Below, in pieces: positions 51,591 to 64,000 of a stretch of DNA of 64,000 bases (position 1 is its first letter; each line of letters opens with the position of its first letter). Made by a program: the position numbers and the translations under genes. The notes beneath the pieces were generated by a model. The model was not told where the DNA came from, did not search any database, and saw only the letters and a program-made list of their open reading frames with translations. Origin of the DNA: Octopus vulgaris (lineage: Eukaryota); the NCBI GenBank assembly GCA_951406725.2, contig OX597816.1:118482001-118546000 (forward strand), written 5' to 3'.

Positions 51591-53191
51591 GAGGCTGAGT
51601 AAGAGCAGACAATTCTCGGACAGAATCAGTGACACCATGACAAGGTAAGTATAATAAATTCTACAAGCTTCCACAGTTTGTCTACCCAATTTTACTCAGA
51701 AAACACTCACTCAAAGTGTCATGCAGTGGAATGAAACATACATAGAACTTTGCAATCATGAAGAAAACTTCTTAACCACACAACCATGCATTCATATGAA
51801 CATATGAGCAGTTGGCCAGCATCTTATCTTAGCTGCTTAAACATTTCAAATTGAAAGAAGTTTTTTTTTTTCTTGCCACAATATAAAATAAAACCCTCTT
51901 TTTATAACTAGTTGACTGAGGTAATGTTGAGTACTATCATTAAAAAAACTATACAGTTGCTGTGTTTTTAAAGATGTATATATATATATAAATAAAATCT
52001 GTCTCAACAAATTCTGTCCAACCCATGCAAAAAATGGAGAAGTAGATGTTAAAAAGATGGTGATGATGATGATTTACATGTTTTTCCATGCAAGCATAGG
52101 TTAAGCGAATATGTTACTGTTTTACAGCCTAATGCCCTACCTGTCTCTAACCATTTCCTATTTTCCAAGTATGAGATCTCTTATCCTACACAGCTTTAAA
52201 GACACAGAGCAAACAAATGTGTGATTTATTGACAGGAGGAGTTCTAAGATCATGACTTTCATATAAACAAGCAGAAAATGTAAACAAATTCAAAGATACA
52301 CACATGTGCACATATAACATAAACATACACACACAAAATGCTTCTTTCTTAGTCTTCAACTACAAATGAGATGCAGTCTCATTGCACAGCCCATGAGATT
52401 ATGAAGCAAACTTTTTAATGACACAGCCATAGAGTGTGTGTGTTTTGTATATTCTGAATATTTACAGTTTTTGTATATCCCTACATATGCCTACATGTGT
52501 ATATGTATGTAAATATATTTATACATATCAAACCTAATCGTATTTATCTGCATCAGTATCTCCACATCAACTGGGTTTTTCTTATACCCATCTTTACTCT
52601 GCAGACTTAGTCTTTGATAAAGATTTCTTAGTGTAAGTTCAAACCATTTGAGCATCAATGTGTTTTCTATATTGAGCATCTGTAGATCTCATCTATTGGC
52701 CATGTGCATGTGTAGGTGCAGGCATGATTGTGTGAAACTGGTTCAAAGTTCAGTCCCACTTCATGGCTCTTTGGGCAAGTGCTTTTTCCCTATATCCCCA
52801 GGCTGACCAAAGCTTTCTGAGTAGATTTGGTAGGTAAAAACTGAAGGAAGCCTATGGCATATATTTGAATATTTGTGCACTTGTGCATCTCTGACAAAAA
52901 GAGAAACCAGTGCAGTACAAGTGAAGACAATGTTATCATTTCTGCTGTCAACAAATCATTTGCTAGCTTTTCCATCTTTAAAGACACAGGGAATAAAGAA
53001 TCTTTTGCTTAAAAAATAGGTAAGGGTTAACAACAGGAAGGATGTCCAGCTGTAAAACAATATCTCAATAGTATAGCTAACCCATATATGTAACAATTTA
53101 CAAAATAGGAATGCAACTTAAGATGCAGAGAATAAATAAAAGTAATGTGCAAACTCCATCAAAGTGAGTATAACTGTCTCAGATGGTAGGC

Positions 53192-53416
53192 TTAACTCTT
53201 TAGCATTGAGACTACTCTGTCAAAAGTAATGCTTATTATTCAGATTGTTTTGAATTAATGATGTGTTATCTCAGAGCTTCAAGACTTCACTGATGTAATT
53301 GTTTTTAGAATGATACACCTTTTTACAAGGTGTGAAAGGCTAGATCTAACTGGTTTGAATGTAGAACAGGTAGAATATTTTGGCCTGATATGTCAGTTTA
53401 AATACTAAAGGGTCAA
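53192..53416 (-). mobile_element. piggyBac-like MITE (family A)
   Basis: ttaactctttagcattgagactactctgtcaaa...tttaaatactaaagggtcaa. Confidence 0.75.
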
Positions 53417-54954
53417 TCTAACAGTGCTGCTTTGGTATGTGATCTACATAGCTAACATGATCTAAAAGAGTCAAATTCTACTTTAGTCTGCGATCTACGT
53501 TACATTTATTTATTAAGGCACTTAATAGGAATACAACTTAAGACATTAAGACATAAAACATTCTTACATTTTTATGCATTTATTTAAAAAATTTAAAATG
53601 AAGCAGATTTGAAACAAGTTTACTAATTTTATGGGCAAATCTAATGAACAGCAGCTAGAAAAGTAAAAAATAGAGAATTAAAATTTTTATGCATTTATTA
53701 TTAACACTTATGTTTCATACTCTCTAACCAGACCTTCTCTTGAAACTGATATAGGTGTTTTCCTTGTTGTTTATAACTTTTCTTGTAGATCACAATATAA
53801 GGTGTAGATTGCATACCAAAGCAGTTTCATGACAGATTGCATACCAAAGTAACACTCAATCCATCACCCAGCTTAACACCAACACCTGGACCTTTGATAT
53901 CTTTATCAGAATTCACTCTTTTGGAAGCATTCAACCAAGGTCTTCAGTTTCTTCCCCTTTTCCCTATTAAAGGTACCAGTTCTACTGATTATATCAGCAA
54001 TAAATTTTCTATTAAAAAATGTCACATAGTCTCTAAGGCTTTCTGAATGGCACACGTAACAAAAACTTAACTTGAGGTTTTTTGTTTTTTTTATGTAGTG
54101 TGGCTAGCCTGATGATGAACCATGTCTCATGTGACCCACTTCTCGAAAAATGTTGCCCAAGCCTACTCAAGATGTGGCAATACTGCACTGGATTATTGCC
54201 TTAAATCACAATCTGTAATATATTCATTAGCAAAACTAACCATGCACAAATATCTTAACAAAAATGTCTTAATACAGAAGATGTGCAAACAATTCACATG
54301 TACAGAAAATGCTTACTTATCCCACATGCAAGTCACTCATTGGTTAGACAGTATTCACATTGTTTAAATAGTTCTAAGAGTTGCAATAATTGCTATGTTT
54401 GGTTTAACCAAGCAACATTGATTATACTCTGAATTTTATAGACCATTAAGTTTGCTGTTTAAACTTATATTTTGTTTGATAAAGATTTGTTTTAATACCT
54501 TCTACGGTATCTATACTCCTATCTAGACATTGTTAGGACATGATTTAATCTCTTTCCTGTAACAATGGATCCTACATGAATGGCTTTTATTTATTTTTTT
54601 TTAATCTTCACCTTTAAATCTTGTATCAATTTCCTACTGTTGCTGTTGTGTAACCCCAGATCAACCTCCACTAACCAGACCTTGGTCAAAAGGTTTTCAA
54701 CTATGAACATTCTAACCCTATCCCAGCAACAGTGTCCTTTTCTAACATGGAAGAGTGTTGTTTGAAAGAGTGGTTTGGTACCTATTTCTAGCAGGTTGTG
54801 CAACTACATATTGGCACACAAAAAAAATTGTGTGTGGAGGGGGATAGGCAGGTATGTAAGTGTGCAGAGATAGATAGGTGGATAAGTGAGAGTATACAGG
54901 TGTGATGAGTGTTAGTGTAGATAAGTAGGTGTGTGTATTAGTGCATCTATACAA

Positions 54955-55230
54955 GTTAGAGGGGAGGGAGAGAGGGATTGACAGACAAATCCAGAAAACA
55001 GAATAGACAAAGAAATAGAGAGAAAGAAACAGAGAAATACAGAGAAATATAGTTAGAGATAGATAAAAAGAAACAAGCAGAGGGGGGGGATAGAGGGAAA
55101 GAGAGATGGAAGGAGAGGGGAGAAAGAGAGGAGGGGGAAGAGGGAAAGAGAGATAGGGGAAGGGGGAGGGAGGGAGAGGGAGGGAAAGTGAAACAAAGAC
55201 ATGGCAAGACAGACAGACAGACAGAGACAA
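54955..55230. repeat. Polypurine (GA/GGGA) low-complexity tract
   Basis: About 270 bp nearly all A/G, with multiple G3+ runs at 55082-55184. Confidence 0.85.
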
Positions 55231-55512
55231 GGAGCATTTCTAAAAATACAGCCTAATAGCTATCATAATTGTAAAGCAGCTCATTAAATATAGAATATCA
55301 AAGATGATTGTGCTAATCCTTTCTGAATCAGAAGGATCCATAGTATCATGTTCTAACAGTGTTGCACAGAAGACAGATTAAATTAGCATTGCATAACGAG
55401 TTGGAGCTGGCCCAACACTGATAGATATTCTTGCAGGAAGAATTGAACTTAGCACTCCAATAATAACTAAATAAATAAATGACTTACAATACACTGAGAG
55501 AGAGAGTAAAGA

Positions 55513-55745
55513 CAAGTGGCCTAGTGGTTAGGGTATTACACTCACAATTGTACGATTGTAGTTTTGATTCCCAGACCAAGTAGTGTGTTGTGTTCTTGAG
55601 TAAAACATTTCTTTCCACATTGCTTAAGTCCACTTAGCTGTTGAGTAACCCAGCAATGGAATGGTGTCCCATTCAGGAAGAACCCTTATGATCTTGGTCA
55701 CTTACATGCCATGGAAACAGGTAATTGGCTTTATGAATCCTAAGA
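55513..55745 (+). mobile_element. tRNA-derived SINE (family 5)
   Basis: gtggcctagtggttagggt...gattcccag head and gtccacttagctg core; second copy at 60709-61030, minus fragment at ~38920-39050. Confidence 0.65.
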
Positions 55746-56143
55746 ACGTGCGACAGTAATGTCCTATTTCAATATACTACACTACATAAAACTATGAGTT
55801 GAACTATTGAGAAGCAAGACCTTTGGTGAAGGACACAATGCCACATTGCTTCCACAATAGGAAGAAGACAATAAAATATCCATTTCCAATATGTTCTGAC
55901 AGATTCAAACATGAATATTTGATTGCTGTTGGAGCTTTTTTTAGCATTGGAGAAAATGTGCTCCCTTTAGACAATGCATGCTCACAACACATGCAATTCA
56001 CCAGTATAGGGGAACTTGCATGCTATTTTGTGAGCATCCCACAAATTATCTGTTTGGCAGTATGCATCAGTGAATAATTTGTTTGCAGATTTCTATAAAC
56101 AAGAGTCTGTACACTTGTTAGATTCACTGGCCTGATAGAATAG

Positions 56144-56191
56144 CTTTGACTGAAGAGACACATAAGGCTGAAACACTGCAGTGTCTCAAGG
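56144..56191 (+). ncRNA. Type I hammerhead ribozyme motif (stem II decayed)
   Basis: CUUUGA-CUGAAGA-GACACAUAAGGCU-GAAA-CAC-UGCA-GUG-UC^UCAAGG: 6-bp stem I, palindromic stem III, GUC triplet. Confidence 0.7.
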
Positions 56192-56329
56192 ACCCCTTAC
56201 ACTAGTGAATTGTATGTGTGAATTGTAAGCTGCTATATTAATCCCACAACTTTTGTGTCTCATGAATCATTTCTTTCAAAAAGCATCAAATAAGATGGTG
56301 AGGTAGTTTTCCTAATAACTTAAGCCTAT

Positions 56330-56730
56330 GACTGGTGAGATCACTGTGGTTGAGGTGAGTTTGAACTTTTGTGGGTCAATGACTGGAGGAAAAATTTGGA
56401 TAGGAAGTGATTTCCTGAGGCTGGCAGTTCTAAGGAAAAGATACTGGGCTTAGTGCAGAATTTGAAACATGGACAGAATGATGAATGGAGATGAGGCAAG
56501 TATATTAGATAGAATAAGATAGTATACTGCTTGCTAGTTAATTGGAGAAGTCACTGAAGTTGCAGAAGAGGTGGAGAGATGATACATCACATCAACAAAA
56601 TAGTATAAGCTGGTAAAAGACCAGTGTCTTTGCAAAACAGACTTCTTTTGAATGGAGTGCAACGCAACACAACTGACCCACATATGTGAGCAGTGCTCAC
56701 ATTAATGTGGATCACATTTGAGCAGTAGTT
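56330..56730 (-). mobile_element. CR1-like LINE ORF2 3' fragment (heavily decayed)
   Basis: Minus-strand pieces EHCSHMW, HSIQKK, VSSLHLF and RTASLRKSLPIQIFPPVIDPQKFK match CR1/L2 'EYCSHIW..DRIQ..VSSL.LFY..RT..LWNSLP..VFP...LQ.FK'. Confidence 0.7.
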
Positions 56731-57232
56731 GTTACTTTGTTGAACACAACATCTGAACTTTAAACTCTAAGTGATGTATAAAAATAAAAACATCATACTC
56801 CATGACATAATCACCCCATTTTGCAAGCAATAAAAAGAAAATATCAAACAACAGAAGAGAATTGGAAGAAACATTTTAGTTGATCTGTGAAAAACCAAAT
56901 TAGAAACTAACTACTCTGAAGCAAAAATTATGATTGGAAATTTTTTTAAATATTACTGAAAATATTTCCTTTCAAATTTATTAGCTTTTTAAATGGAAAT
57001 CCAGATATTTAAAACGTGCATTTAATTAACAGAACATGACCATTTATCACCATTATCACAATTAGTGTATTTTCAAGAATTATTATTAATTATTATTGAA
57101 AGCAGGTAATTAAAGAAAGTATTATAATTTTAATTGATACTATTAATTGATACCATTATTTTTAGCAGTTTTGAGTCTTCTCCTTCATTACTGATGTTCT
57201 TGAGAAAGACATGAATATCACAACTTCTTAAA

Positions 57233-57442
57233 TATAGTTGTGTGATTAAGAAGCAGGCTTCCCAACCACATGGCCACGGATCCAGTTCCACTGTACAGTA
57301 CCTTGAGTAAGTGTCTTCTGCTATAGCCACAGGCTAACTAAAGTCTTGTGAGTAGACTTGGAAGATGAAAATGAAAAGAAGCCTTGTCACATATGTATGT
57401 GTGTGTTGTATTTGTTCCCCATCACTTAACAACTAGTATTGG

Positions 57443-57497
<55 letters not shown>

Positions 57498-57690
57498 ATG
57501 TCTGAGCATGTCTTTGTGTTTGTTCCGAGTGTTGGTTTGTTTTACTTCACCGAAACTTACCAGTTCAGTAAAAAGAGACCAAGAAAATAAGTACCAGGCT
57601 TAAAAAAAGAAAAAAAAGAAATGCATAAGGGTCAATTTGTTTGACTGAACCCTTCATGCATGGCTGCAGTCCAATAATTATAACAAGTAA
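57233..57690 (+). mobile_element. Family 1 SINE with expanded (TA)n
   Basis: Head, core and tail motifs; (TA)n at 57452-57494. Confidence 0.75.
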
Positions 57691-58035
57691 AATATTTTTA
57701 AAATATATAACTATACAAGGAAAATTATTATTATTGTCATCATTACTGATATATGTTCATATATGTATGATAGAAAACCAGACACTAACTGCCTCACAGA
57801 ATTTTGTGTAAAATTCAGAGTTCAAATCCCAGCCAATATCATAATATTTATTAATCATGAGATGTTTCAGTCCACTGTACCATCCACTGCATAAAATTGA
57901 CATGTGCTTATTCAAAAGGTAATGGAGATTATTATTGCTGTTGTTTATGTTATGCAGTTTTCAGTTCCTGAATGGAGCTGTCTCTTGCTTCTGACATCTT
58001 TGAGAAGAGCATAATTCACTCTTACAGATTCTCTT

Positions 58036-58320
58036 TTCAACAGAATATATCTGAATTTACTATGTATTCTAGAAGTCCTAATTCTTATTACTATCGGCAT
58101 TATTATTATTAATATTATTATTATTATTATTAATAATAATATTAATAATAATAATAATGGTGGTGGCGATAGTAATAAGAATTAGGACTTCTAGAATACA
58201 CAGTAAATTCAGATATATTCTGTTGAATATATCTGAATTTACTGTGTATTCTAGAAGTCCTAATTCTTATTACTATCGCCACCATTATTATTATTATTAA
58301 TATTATTATTAATAATAATA
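58036..58320. repeat. Inverted triplication (direct-inverted-direct) of a ~95-bp unit
   Basis: gaatatatctgaatttact.tgtattctagaagtcctaattcttattactatcg occurs forward at 58043, reverse at ~58167-58220 and forward again at 58225. Confidence 0.9.
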
Positions 58321-58344
58321 ATAATTACTATTAATATTATTATT

Positions 58345-59199
58345 TTAATTGTCACAGCTCTCGGTCTTACTCGCTCTGGTTGACTGTGAGAGCAAACAAC
58401 AACTTATTGTCAGAGGCCTCACAGAGTCTCTTTCTGCAAATTATAAGCTTTGGCACCTGGGTGTTAACTTATCATGGAATACACTCATCACCCAAACACC
58501 AATCTCAAAATCCTAGCTGTTTTGGGGTTTGCTCTACCCTCATGTCAATTCAACTTTCTCCAACATTTTCTCAAACCTGGTTTTTTGTGCTCCAAGTGAC
58601 CCTACAACTACCAGAATAACCACTACTCTCCTCACTTCCCACATTCTTGCAATTTCATCTTTTTGTAGCCAATATTCACCATATTTTCCAGCTCTTTGTC
58701 ATCCACATGTGCATCCTCGGGTATGACAATATTTATCATCTAGGTTTCCTTTTTTTCTTTTATCTACAACAATGTCTGGTCTCCAAGCATCAATTAGGGA
58801 GTTACATTGGATTGTAAAATCCCACAGGATCTCATATTCATTGTTCTCAGTGACGCCCTCTGGTTCATGTTTGTACTATTTCCAAGCTCTGCCCAAACCG
58901 TACTTTTCACACAATCTCCAGTGAATAAACTTAGCCATGTTATTGTGCCTCTTTTTGTAGTACTTTTGAGCCAGCTTTCTACACTCACTCACAGTGTGTA
59001 AGGTTGTTTCATTTTTGACGCCACACATCCTACAAAGGGGCAATTCACTGCTCTTATTTATTTGGAACTTGGTACAATTAGTTGTCAGAGGTTGTTCCTC
59101 AGTGCATCTTTTCAGATCACTTTTTCTTAGCCATCTCCAGGTGTTGGTCTTGTCTTTCCATTCAATTTCTCTGAGGTATTGCCCATGTATTGTTTTCAT
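58345..59199 (-). mobile_element. Dong/R4-like RLE LINE, 5'-truncated
   Basis: HGQYLR...CRMCGVKNETTLHTVSECRKLAQKYYKKRHN (CCHC knuckle plus RHN), then ILWDFTIQC...RPDIVV restriction-like endonuclease motif; both ends abut TAA-rich repeats. Confidence 0.85.
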
Positions 59200-59219
59200 T
59201 TATTGTTGTTATTATCAGC

Positions 59220-59430
59220 ACACTGGGCAAAGTGCTTAGTGGTATTTCACCAGTCTTTACATTCTGAGTTCAAATTCTGCTGAGGTCAACTTTGTCTTTC
59301 ATCTTTGCAGGTCAATAAAATAAGGTACCAGTTCAAGAACTGTGATGGGGAGGGTGGAATCGATGGTATCAACTTACCTCCTCCCCTCAAAATTGTGAGC
59401 CTTATACCAAGATTAGAAAGAATTATTACT
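59220..59430 (+). mobile_element. Family 2 SINE
   Basis: aagtgcttagtggtatttc..ctgagttcaaattctgctgaggtcaactttgtctttcatc. Confidence 0.75.
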
Positions 59431-60282
59431 ATTATATATTACTAAGATCATCATCATCATCATTGATCAGGACAACAGCAATGTACCAAATTCATAGAAT
59501 CGTAAATGTAAAAACACATAATTGCCAGCATTGATTTCCAAAGTCCAAAACTAATGTAAAATTCCTGATTAAGAAAAATAATCTCACTCACTCACACACA
59601 CACAATTCCGTAAGCCAAGGCCAGCTGAATTACAAATAATAAATGATATCTTAAATGTGACTAAACTAGTGGAAGCAAATAATGGATGAGCTGGTAGCAA
59701 GTAGAGAACAGTATTTAACTGAAGCAGACAAAAGTGATTGAGATTCAATGATAGAGAGAGAAAGTCATAGACTGAGCAAAAAAAAGAGACTCAAAGATAG
59801 AAAGAGCAAGAGGGTCAATGAATAGAGTAAGAGAGAGACAGTCATTTTATATAACAGTTTGATTCAGCTTTGCATATAGTTTTGTGGGTATAGAATATAT
59901 CCAGATCATTAGATGTACAAAATCAGATAATATGGATATGTTCTGCACAACACAAAAATGACTCTTCAGTAATGAACTTATTCTCTCAAATGTAATACTT
60001 ATTTTCACATTGTTTTGAATTAATCATGTAGTGTAGTTGTTGTGAAAATACACAACTGAAATTGCTTAGAAAATACATCATAATTGTTAGCCATTGTAGA
60101 CAACTGTTGGATTTAAGATACTAATGCTCCCCACAACAAAATTATGATAAAATGAGCTCGAGTTCTGAAAGTCCAAGAAGTAAATTGACTTTCAGTGTCT
60201 GAAATTTGTACTGGAATGTCGACACCATAAAAGAAAAACAATAGGAAAACACCAGACCTATACAGTAAAGCCAACATTATAG

Positions 60283-60674
60283 GAGGAATGGCTGTGTGGT
60301 AAGTAGCTTGCTTACCAACCACATGGTTCTGGGTTCAGTCCCACTGTGTGGCACCTTAAGCAAGTGTCTTCTACTATAGCCCAAGGCCGACCAAAGCCTT
60401 GTGAGTGGATTTGGTAGACAGAAATTGAAAGAAGCCTGTCGTATATTATATGTGTGTGTGTGTGTGTGTGTTTGTGTTTGTCCCCTCAACATCGCTTGGC
60501 AACTGACGCTGGTGTGTTTACATCCTTGTAACTTAGCAGTTCGGCAAAAGAGACCGATAGAATAAGTACTAGGCTAACAAAGAATAAGTCCTGGGGTCGA
60601 TTTGTTTGACTAAAGGCGGTGCTCCAGCATGGCCACAGTCAAATGACTGAAACAAGTAAAAGAATAAAAGAATA
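60283..60674 (+). mobile_element. Family 1 SINE, full-length young copy
   Basis: Complete head, core, (TG)n and tail; nearly identical to 40093-40488. Confidence 0.9.
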
Positions 60675-60708
60675 AATCAGTTAAAAGAAGCTCATTGATA
60701 TGGCCGAT

Positions 60709-61030
60709 AGGAGTGTGGCTTAGTGGTTAGGGTATTCAGCTCACGATTGTAAGGTCGTGAGTGATTCCTAGCAGTGCATTGTGACCTTGAGTAAGGTGTT
60801 TTATATCATGTTGCTTCAGTCCACTCAGCTGGCAAAAATGAGTAGTACCTGTAATTTAAAGGGTGAGCCTTGTCACATTCTGTGTTATGCTGAATTTCTC
60901 CAAGAACTATGTTATGGGTATGTATGTCTGTGGAGTGCTCAGCCACTTGTATGTTCATTTCACAAGCAGGCTGTTCTGTTGATCAGATCACCTGGAAGAC
61001 TCATAGTCATAAGCGACAGTGTGCCAAGAG
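60709..61030 (+). mobile_element. tRNA-derived SINE (family 5)
   Basis: ggagtgtggcttagtggttagggtattcagctcacgattgtaaggtcgtgag...cagtccactcagctggcaaaaatgagta. Confidence 0.7.
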
Positions 61031-61774
61031 GAAGAAATTAATATTGTGATAGTGGGAGGAATTCACGGATTCACTCACAGGGTACTGGTGAGTCTGGAGC
61101 AATAGTAAAATGAACTTGCTCAAGGTGCAGCACTGTAGAACTGAACTGAAAACTACGTGGTTGCAAAGTGAGCTTCTTAACTATACAGCCAGGCCTGTGC
61201 CAATGCAAAAATTTTACAACCAAATATTTTTTCTCATCTTACTCTATGCTTGTTTTACAAATAACATCAAGAAATTCTTGTGTCGAAAAGTGAAAATAAA
61301 AAAATAACAACCAAATTTAAGCAAACCATTTAAAAAAAATAATGAAAACAAGCATTTCCACTATATGAGGATAAGCAACAGTTATTTTTTAATTATAAAA
61401 TATGAAGTAGAAACAGCAAAGTATTAGAACTAAATACCTTCAAGTAATTAACGATATGCATTTGCATTCCAAGTTAAAATCTTACAGACATTGACTTTGG
61501 CTTTCCTCTTCCTACAGTTGATAAGTTAAATTAAGAGCATGCTGAGCTCAATTCAATTGCTTAATACATCTACCCAACAAATCTGTGACCTTGTACTAAC
61601 TAATACAAGAAAAAAAAATGGAGAAATTCATTATAAACTGGGTTTGATTCCACAGATTAACTAATATATTTTAATTGAAGTTGTTAAGTGGAATTAATTA
61701 GTAAAATGCAAAAATATTCAGTGAAGTCAATAAGCCAGGAATCACAACTTTTGAATACAAAAGAAAACATTCTT

Positions 61775-62168
61775 TTCTTTTCTACTCTAGGCACAAGGCC
61801 TGAAATTTTGGGGGAGGGGGCCAGTCAATTAGATTGACTCCAGTACGCAACTGGTACTTAATTTATCGACCCCGAAAGGATGAAAGGCAAAGTCAACCTC
61901 GGTGGAATTTGAACTCAAAACAAAAACAAACAAAATACCTATTTCCTTACTACCCAAAAGGGGCTAAACACAGAGAGGACAAACAAGGACAAACGGATTA
62001 AGTCGATTATATCGACCTCAGTGCGTAACTGGTACTTATTTAATCGACCCCGAAAGGATGAAAGGCAAAGTCGACCTCGGCGGAATTTGAACTCAGAACA
62101 TAACAGCAGATGAAATACCGCTAAGCATTTCACCCGGCATGCTAATGTTTTTGCCAGCTCGCCGCCTT
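61775..62168 (-). mobile_element. Two tandem family 2 SINEs, young
   Basis: actggtactta.tt.atcgaccccgaaaggatgaaaggcaaagtc.acctcgg.ggaatttgaactca occurs twice; the head ends gccagctcgccgcc. Confidence 0.88.
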
Positions 62169-62719
62169 AAGCATAGCAGAAAATTGGCAACAACAACAAT
62201 GTAATTCAATAAAATAAGTATTATCTTAGTATTTACATGTTTTTAAGGAAAATCTGTGACCAAATAACAAAATAAGATGAGCAACCTCAGTTAGGTCATT
62301 AGCTGAGGAGTCAATGACCATATTATTTTCTTATCCTGGATAACATTTCTAACAACAACCAATAATCAATCCCCATATTCTTAAGACTAAAACTACAAAG
62401 ATGATACACATATATTTATAAAAAAAAAGAAAAAGAAAATACAAATCAGCCACCACATTCATGCAGAGACAAACCACAATAACACAATTACCTATTATTT
62501 TTTCATTCTACCAACTTATGATATTTCAATAATAACACTTTGAGGGATTACTTTCCATCTCACTTTTTTGGAAATTTCTAAAATAACAAGGAATAATTAG
62601 CAAAATTTATAACAAAAATAGTAGAAAGGAGGCAGTATCACACAAACAGACATATATTCAGTTAAAACAGTTAACTATTATACACAAGGAATTATGCTAA
62701 ACAAAAATTGTTAAATTAC

Positions 62720-62779
62720 CTTGAAATCCATAACAAAATCATTTGCCTTTGTATGTGACACATTTAAGTTTTTGAATAC
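62720..62779 (-). other. Candidate 60-bp symmetric exon
   Basis: tgtacAG|GTATTC...TTCAAG|GTaatt; open only in phase 0 as VFKNLNVSHTKANDFVMDFK; weak polypyrimidine tract. Confidence 0.25.
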
Positions 62780-63599
62780 CTGTACATTGATTTATAATAA
62801 TTGAGAAATCCTACATTCAGTCATATTTTAGGTTTCCTCCAGTGATTCATATAATTTTTACATCTATAACAACTAATTTTCAAAAACAAATGTAATAGAC
62901 AAAAACCACTGAATCCTTAAAACAACTCAGCTAATAATACTAACTCGAGGTCACTGAACTACCAAATGACTACTCCCATTATGACAAGCTTCTCTGTTTA
63001 TATATGGCATTAGAAAGGGCATCCACCCACAGAAACCATGCCAAAGTAGACAATAGAACACAGCACATTAAATGATGATGATGATGAAATACACATGATT
63101 CTCTGAATCCATGTTTTACACTATGCATTTATACACACATTCATACATATCTCAAATCATAACTAGTCACTCCTAGAAATCTACTAATTTGACATATTTC
63201 AATCAATTGACCTGCAATTCAATAGAACTGTTTCATTCCCATGCCAACAGCAGCCACTCCTGTAAAACCATCCACTACACTAGCAGATTAACAAGATTCC
63301 AGTCTGGTAAACTCATCAGCTAACAAAAATCTCTTAAGCAGTTTCCAAGTTTGCTTAGTGCAACTGGACAAATCTTAGGAAAAACACATACTAAAACCTA
63401 AATCATTAAAGTCAGCCTTAGTCATAAATAACATCCAAATGTTTCGGTTTCTATAGATACTAAATCACTTTTTTTTTCTTTTTTTTTTTTTAATGAAGTG
63501 AGGAGGATCTACATGTTAAACTCAATCTGTTACAACAGCAACCAAATCTGCCTCAAGTTACACAGGTGACAAATTACATCTGCTGCAAACCATTAAGCA

Positions 63600-63825
63600 G
63601 AGAGGAGCATAATCAATAAATACAGAGGTCTGGCCAGTGTCAATTAGTTTGTGCCAGTTGCTATCAAGACATTGGGTGTTCTAGGACTGCATACCAACAA
63701 TTTCCTCTGTAAAATAGGAATAACAGCAACCCGTTGGAGAAATGAGCCCCACAAAGTGGAGTGACTGCTGCAATGGATGTTGCTGGCCATTCTCTGCTGC
63801 AACGCCATCACACATTACCATGGTT
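63600..63825 (+). mobile_element. CRE-like RLE LINE C-terminal fragment
   Basis: KYRGLASVN*FVPVAIKTLGVLG...FLCKIG...EPHKVE*LLQWMLLAILCCNAI matches CRE 'KY..L....F.PVA.ETLG..G....FL..LG......WL.QR.S.A..RGNA'. Confidence 0.7.
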
Positions 63826-64000
63826 GTTCTGGGATATGTGACCCATCACCATTTCCCCACTCCATCTTCTGCTACTTTATAACCTCCACTTTTTTCGTTT
63901 TCATTCTTTCCCTTTTATCTCTCTTTGAATTTAGATGTTTTAATAAAACAAACTTTATTTTCAAAAAACAAAGAATAAAATCTACCATATGTATTGAAAA

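Noticed and set aside
54108-54155. CTGATGA...CGAAA as a hammerhead
   Set aside because: No stem I or stem III pairing and no properly placed cleavage triplet.
54742-55237. Pro/Leu/Ser-rich ORFs
   Set aside because: Reverse complement of a polypurine tract.
60709-60780. tRNA gene
   Set aside because: tRNA-like head continues into a SINE body, with a broken T-arm and no acceptor stem.

Overview
AT-rich eukaryotic non-coding DNA, almost entirely transposon relics and microsatellites. The SINE and MITE families match those I recognise from octopus (coleoid cephalopod) genomes; this assignment is an inference. No intact protein-coding gene is visible. Most ORFs in the track are microsatellite or SINE read-through, and the rest are decayed retroelement fragments (two RTE families, two CR1/L2-like, Penelope GIY-YIG, and RLE-type Dong/R4-, Hero- and CRE-like). 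DNA elements include a ~806-bp palindromic Merlin-like foldback, TTAA piggyBac-like MITEs, mariner- and Tc2-like MITEs, a Helitron and a Helentron-type element. A few short minus-strand exon candidates suggest the window may be intronic. The most interesting signal is a set of type I hammerhead ribozyme motifs. One lies in a ~503-bp insertion with a 13-bp TSD, a 354-nt unit with terminal redundancy and a 5' inversion, resembling a retrozyme or Penelope pseudo-LTR. All family assignments come from motif recognition, not database searches, and coordinates of decayed elements are approximate.
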